Source of the DNA: Verrucomicrobiaceae bacterium
Lineage (GTDB): Bacteria; Verrucomicrobiota; Verrucomicrobiia; Verrucomicrobiales; Akkermansiaceae
Direction of reading: 5' to 3'
Assembly (NCBI GenBank): GCA_051252135.1
Contig: JBPOGH010000001.1
Coordinates: forward strand, 64,001 to 128,000
DNA: 64,000 nt
The notes below the pieces were generated by a model. It did no database searches, was not told the origin of the DNA, and was given only the letters and a program-made list of their open reading frames with translations. The position numbers and the translations under genes were made by a program. Each line of letters starts with the position of its first letter. Position 1 is the stretch's first letter. Below are positions 59,831-64,000 of the stretch, piece after piece.

Positions 59831-62191
59831 CTACTGTTTCAATTTGCGAAGAGCTTCCTGATATTCGGGGAGCTTTTCCTTTGCCTCGGGAGTGGCGATG
59901 GCCTGCAGGGCGGCGATGACCTTTTCGGTGGCGGAAATTTTACGATCCTTTTCTTTGGCGTAGAGGCTTTCGACGATAACGTAGTGCCGGAGCGCTTCCT
60001 GGGGCTTTTTCTCGGCCATGTCGATGTCACCGGCGAGGAGTCGGAGGTCGAGATCGAGCTCTCCCTTGGGATGGAGATCGAGGGCGTCGCCGGTGGCTTG
60101 ACGGGCGTCGTTGAACTGTTTGAGGTCGGTGTGGGCGAGGGCCTTCTGATAGAGTGATTCGGCTTTGCGGAAGGGGTGGGTTTCGAGCTGCAAGCGCTCG
60201 TTGGCTGCGCGCAGGGCATCGGCGGGGTGTCCGGTGGCGAGGGCGGTCTCACCGAAGAGTTTCCAGATCAGGGGCTCCTTTTCTTGTGCTGCAGCAAGGG
60301 CCTCATGAAGGAAGGGCCACGCCCGTTTGTATTCGCCATCCTTGGCGAGGGTGGCTCCCAGCCAGCGGACGATGGGGCGAGGTGGAGTGGCCTTTGGGTC
60401 CGCTTTTTTCAGGGCGGAGATTTCCTTTTCGAGGGTAGGGAGGTCGCCGGCCTGAAAGGCGCAACGGACGAGGAGCGGGCCCACTTTAGCGGCAAACTCT
60501 TCAGGGAGTTTTTCGCGAGCGACGGAAAGCTGTGATGCGGCGCTCTTGTAATCCTTGCGGCGGAAATCATCCCATCCCATCCAGAAGTGTGCACCGGCTT
60601 CCAGCTTGGGGGTGATACCCGGAAGCATGAGGATGCGTTTTTGGGTGGCGACGAGCTTGGCGTAGTCCTCCTTTTCTTGATAGATGGCACTGAGGCGTTG
60701 AAGGATGAGGGCTTGAAGCTGGGTGTCTTTTGTAGAGGCGAGGACAGCTTCGTAGTCGGCGAGAGCTTCGTCTTCGCGGTTGAGCTTTGAGAGCAGTTCG
60801 GCGCGTTCGAGTCGGAGTTGGATGAGCTGATCGCTTTTGGGGTAGTTTTTTTCGAAAGCGGCGATGGCTTTGAGTGATTCGTCGTCCTGATCAAGAGCAA
60901 GGTGGCACTTGATCGTGTTGTAGTGAATGGCGAAGTGATTGCTTGAATCGACCAGAGCAAGATTGAGGGATTGATAGTGCTGAAGAGCCCGGTTGTGGTC
61001 TTTCTTTTCGAAGTAGTGTTGGGCCAGCAGGAGTCGGGCAGATTGAAGTCTTTTGTCTTCCTGTCTTTTTTCGGAGTAGGTGTTGAGAAACTTTTCGGCC
61101 TGTTGGGCGAAGTTCTTTGCGTTGGTATCGTGATCACGCACCAGGATTCGGTATGCGGCTTGAAATCCGGTGTCACTGGAGGGAGCGAGGCGGGAGATTT
61201 CCTCGTAGAGCTTCAGGACCTGATCGTTTTTCCCGAGTGCTTCGTAGGATTTTGACGCCATGATGAGGCGCTGGAGGTGGGGTTGGGCATCGAGATTGAA
61301 GCTTCCTTTTTCGAAGAGGGCGACGACCTCGGCGTAGGACTTCACCTGATAGTGGAGATTCATCAGGGTGAACTGGGTCTGGCCACGCCATTCCTTGAGG
61401 CCGGGGTGCTCAAAGGCTTTTTTGAACCAAAGGAGCGAGGCCTTTTGATCCTTCTCCTTCTGGGCGCAGAGGGCGGCCTGCAAGGTGGCGTCAGATGAGA
61501 CGGCGGGGTCGCTGGAGCCGGCAAGTTCGGCGAAAAGGGGGAATGCGCGCTGGTTGTCATTGTCCTGTTGATACAGGCGGGCGAGGGCGAGCTTGGCGGT
61601 CTCGTGGTATGGATTGCCCTTGTCCTTGAGGATGGCATCGAGAGCCGGGCGCAATTGGGTCTTTTCGTTGAGGTGGTTGTAGCAAAGGAAGCGGCGGTAG
61701 AGGGCTTCGTGACGCACCTTGTTCTTGTCGGTGGTGCGAGCGAGGGTTGCAAACCAGGTGGCAGCGCTTTTCCATTCCTTGGTCTCATAGTCATCCGAGG
61801 CAAGGTGGAGAGCGGCGCCGGCTACAAATTTCCCTTCGGTCCAGCGGGTGGCAAGGACTTCGAAGCAGGTGCGGCTGGCCTTTGGTTCGCCAATCTGACG
61901 GTAAGTGAGGGCGAGGAAATACCAGGCGTCAGGAGCTTTCTCATCGTTGGGGAAGGCGCGGATGAATCGGTCGAACTTGGAAGCGGCAAGGCGATAGTTC
62001 TGGGTTTTTTTACGCTCCTCTTTTGCTTCAGTGGCGCTGTTGTAGTAAAGCGTGGCGAGATCGAAGATATCCCGGGAGGGCTTTGCCGCGAGGGGTTGGG
62101 GGGGCTCCACTTCCGGGGGGAGGGGCGCAGGATCCTGGGCTGTCAGGAATTGAGACAGCATCAGGAGGAGTGCGATAAAGGGAAGCTTCAT
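59831..62191 (-). CDS. Secreted tetratricopeptide repeat protein
   Basis: Signal peptide; repeated helical pairs (FIRAFPND..DAWYFLA, FEKNYPKS). Confidence 0.85.
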   Translation of the reverse strand: MKLPFIALLLMLSQFLTAQDPAPLPPEVEPPQPLAAKPSRDIFDLATLYYNSATEAKEERKKTQNYRLAASKFDRFIRAFPNDEKAPDAWYFLALTYRQIGEPKASRTCFEVLATRWTEGKFVAGAALHLASDDYETKEWKSAATWFATLARTTDKNKVRHEALYRRFLCYNHLNEKTQLRPALDAILKDKGNPYHETAKLALARLYQQDNDNQRAFPLFAELAGSSDPAVSSDATLQAALCAQKEKDQKASLLWFKKAFEHPGLKEWRGQTQFTLMNLHYQVKSYAEVVALFEKGSFNLDAQPHLQRLIMASKSYEALGKNDQVLKLYEEISRLAPSSDTGFQAAYRILVRDHDTNAKNFAQQAEKFLNTYSEKRQEDKRLQSARLLLAQHYFEKKDHNRALQHYQSLNLALVDSSNHFAIHYNTIKCHLALDQDDESLKAIAAFEKNYPKSDQLIQLRLERAELLSKLNREDEALADYEAVLASTKDTQLQALILQRLSAIYQEKEDYAKLVATQKRILMLPGITPKLEAGAHFWMGWDDFRRKDYKSAASQLSVAREKLPEEFAAKVGPLLVRCAFQAGDLPTLEKEISALKKADPKATPPRPIVRWLGATLAKDGEYKRAWPFLHEALAAAQEKEPLIWKLFGETALATGHPADALRAANERLQLETHPFRKAESLYQKALAHTDLKQFNDARQATGDALDLHPKGELDLDLRLLAGDIDMAEKKPQEALRHYVIVESLYAKEKDRKISATEKVIAALQAIATPEAKEKLPEYQEALRKLKQ

Positions 62192-62243
62192 GCGGCATCG
62201 GGTTGGAGGATAAGCGACACGGTGGACGGAATTCTTTCCGGAA

Positions 62244-62678
62244 TCAAGGAGCCTCCCGGCTGGCGAAACGGATGTTCCAGATTCCGGCCTTCAGGACTTC
62301 GTCCATCACCTCCATGAGGGTTTGGTAGGAGGTCTCGGCATCGCCCCGCAGGCGGACCGGTTGCTGGTCCGCTCCACCCTGGTTTGCAAGCTCCGAGGCT
62401 TCGACGATCTTTTCGAGTTTGGCCCGGAGTTCGGCTTTGGTGTATTCCTCTCCGCTGATGGTGACCACGCCGTCCTTTCGGATGTTGATGACAATCTCGT
62501 TGGCCACACGGGCTTTTTGAGCGCCTTCGGTAGAGGTGGGGACGGCGACCTGGCTGTCTTTTTCCTGTTCGGTGATTTGATGGGTCACGAGGAAGAAGAT
62601 CAGAAGGAGAAAGACGATGTCGATCATCGGCGCAAGCTGGAAGCTGGCCGGTGGTGGAGCGACGTCGCGAATGCGCAT
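62244..62678 (-). CDS. exbD: Biopolymer transport protein ExbD/TolR
   Basis: LAPMIDIVFLLLIFFLV, VRLRGD, VMD. Confidence 0.92.
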   Translation of the reverse strand: MRIRDVAPPPASFQLAPMIDIVFLLLIFFLVTHQITEQEKDSQVAVPTSTEGAQKARVANEIVINIRKDGVVTISGEEYTKAELRAKLEKIVEASELANQGGADQQPVRLRGDAETSYQTLMEVMDEVLKAGIWNIRFASREAP

Positions 62679-62700
62679 GGGTCAAGAAAGGTAGGGAGAA

Positions 62701-63498
62701 TTATGAGCGCATTGCCGGTGGTGCGGGCTTGGCGGCGTAATCCTCATGGATGGGCTGGCTTTCGTGACCCCCACGATGGGCGGGTCTCATTTGACCGCCA
62801 ACGAGGGCGAGGATGTGCGTTCCTGCTGCTTCGAGTTCGGCCAGGTGGCGCTGAACCCTTCCGCGGAAGTAGGAATAGAAGGCGAGGGCAAAGATGCTGA
62901 TGACAAGGCCGACGGCGGTGGTGATGAGGGCTTCCCAGATCCCCTCGGCAAGCTGGAGTTGTTTGAGGCCCTCGTTCTTTCCTTCGGCAAGTTCGATGAA
63001 GGATTTGATCATTCCGATGACGGTTCCGAGTAGTCCGATCATCGGGGCGATTCCTCCGATATCGGCCAGGTAGCTGACCCGTTGGGTCATGACGCCGCCC
63101 TGGCGGGTTCCCTCGGCTTCAGCGACTTCGCGTATGTCGGTGCTGGTTGCGTTGGGGTTCTTGGTGAGGAAATCGAGGGTTTTGTGGGTGACACGTGCCA
63201 CGGCTTCACTGCGGCGCTTGCAGTAGTCTACGAGGCCGAGGTAATCGCGTTTACGGATCATGGCTTCCGCATTGTTCATGAACTTATTTGTCACGATGGT
63301 GCTGCGACGCATGGTGAGGAAGTAGAGGAGCACGAGAACGAGGGTGAAAACGGAAAGGATTCCGAGGGCAATCATGGTGTAGCCTCCTTTTGAGAGGAGT
63401 CCAATCAGGGTGAGATCCTCGTGGGGGGCAACCTCATCCCCCATTGCGAGGGAAGGAATGATTGCAAAAAAGAGAAAGGAAAGAAGGCGGACGTTCAT
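62701..63498 (-). CDS. exbB: MotA/TolQ/ExbB proton channel protein
   Basis: APMIGLLGTVIGMIKSF, GIWEALITTAVGL. Confidence 0.92.
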   Translation of the reverse strand: MNVRLLSFLFFAIIPSLAMGDEVAPHEDLTLIGLLSKGGYTMIALGILSVFTLVLVLLYFLTMRRSTIVTNKFMNNAEAMIRKRDYLGLVDYCKRRSEAVARVTHKTLDFLTKNPNATSTDIREVAEAEGTRQGGVMTQRVSYLADIGGIAPMIGLLGTVIGMIKSFIELAEGKNEGLKQLQLAEGIWEALITTAVGLVISIFALAFYSYFRGRVQRHLAELEAAGTHILALVGGQMRPAHRGGHESQPIHEDYAAKPAPPAMRS

Positions 63499-63611
63499 GG
63501 AAGACGGGGGGATACTAACCGGAGTTTTCCGAGGTGCAAGCGTGAGCAAATGATCAGTTGCACCATGGAGCGTAGCCGTTTACGTCTTACGTCTCGCCAA
63601 TCTTCCTTCCA

Positions 63612-64000
63612 ATGTCGCATCTTCCCGAGCTTCGAGCCCGACTATCTCAGGTCTCCCATCAGCCCGGGATCTATCTGATGAAGGACCGCTTGGGCTCGAT
63701 TATCTATGTGGGGAAGGCGCGGGATCTGAGGAAACGCCTGAGCTCGTATTTTATGCCATCGGGGAAGAAACGGGCGGATCGGAAGACGCGTGCGTTGATT
63801 GATTCAATATGTGACTTTGAGATTCATGAGGTCCGTAACGAGCAGGAAGCTCTCCTGCTGGAGGGGAAGCTGATCAAGCAGTATCGGCCGCGTTACAATG
63901 TGAGTTTTCGTGATGATAAGAGGTTTTTGTTGGTGAAGGTCAACCTGGATGATCCGTGGCCGAAATTTGTGACTACAAGGCTGAAGAAGAGTGATGGGGC
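63612..64000 (+). CDS. uvrC: Excinuclease ABC subunit C (3'-truncated; absent from the ORF track)
   Basis: Hand translation MSHLPELRARLSQVSHQPGIYLMKDRLGSIIYVGKARDLRKRLSSYF..EALLLEGKLIKQYRPRYNV (GIY-YIG). Confidence 0.9.
   Translation, partial: MSHLPELRARLSQVSHQPGIYLMKDRLGSIIYVGKARDLRKRLSSYFMPSGKKRADRKTRALIDSICDFEIHEVRNEQEALLLEGKLIKQYRPRYNVSFRDDKRFLLVKVNLDDPWPKFVTTRLKKSDG

Overview
Gene-dense chromosomal window of a GC-rich bacterium. It is most likely Verrucomicrobiota, inferred from the gene set, the split nuo cluster, the insertion-bearing prepilin peptidase and the style of the hypothetical proteins. It holds about 60 CDS, mostly housekeeping: mqo, rhaB, pit, rseP, xseA, sufT, thiC, lptD, cca, pilD, purH, pdxJ, acpS, maf, two pilT, trpD, nuoDEF, argS, proBA, an iron-type ABC transporter, exbBD and partial uvrC. 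There is one tRNA-Leu(CAG). No integrase, transposase or CRISPR array was seen. The most notable signals are: (1) a TPP-type riboswitch before thiC with a canonical pyrimidine-binding arm but a replaced pyrophosphate-binding arm, still wired to a terminator/antiterminator; (2) a zinc-ribbon membrane protein gene behind the pilT pair, split by a -1 frameshift at an A9 run; (3) a Rex/CRP-type palindrome before a stand-alone nuoDEF, whose NuoE carries a triple N-terminal repeat; (4) a fused AhbA-AhbB-like protein; (5) an 11-bp-period direct repeat before a secreted protein/HK/RR operon; (6) several apparently leaderless genes. All calls come from reading the sequence and recognising motifs; no searches were run.
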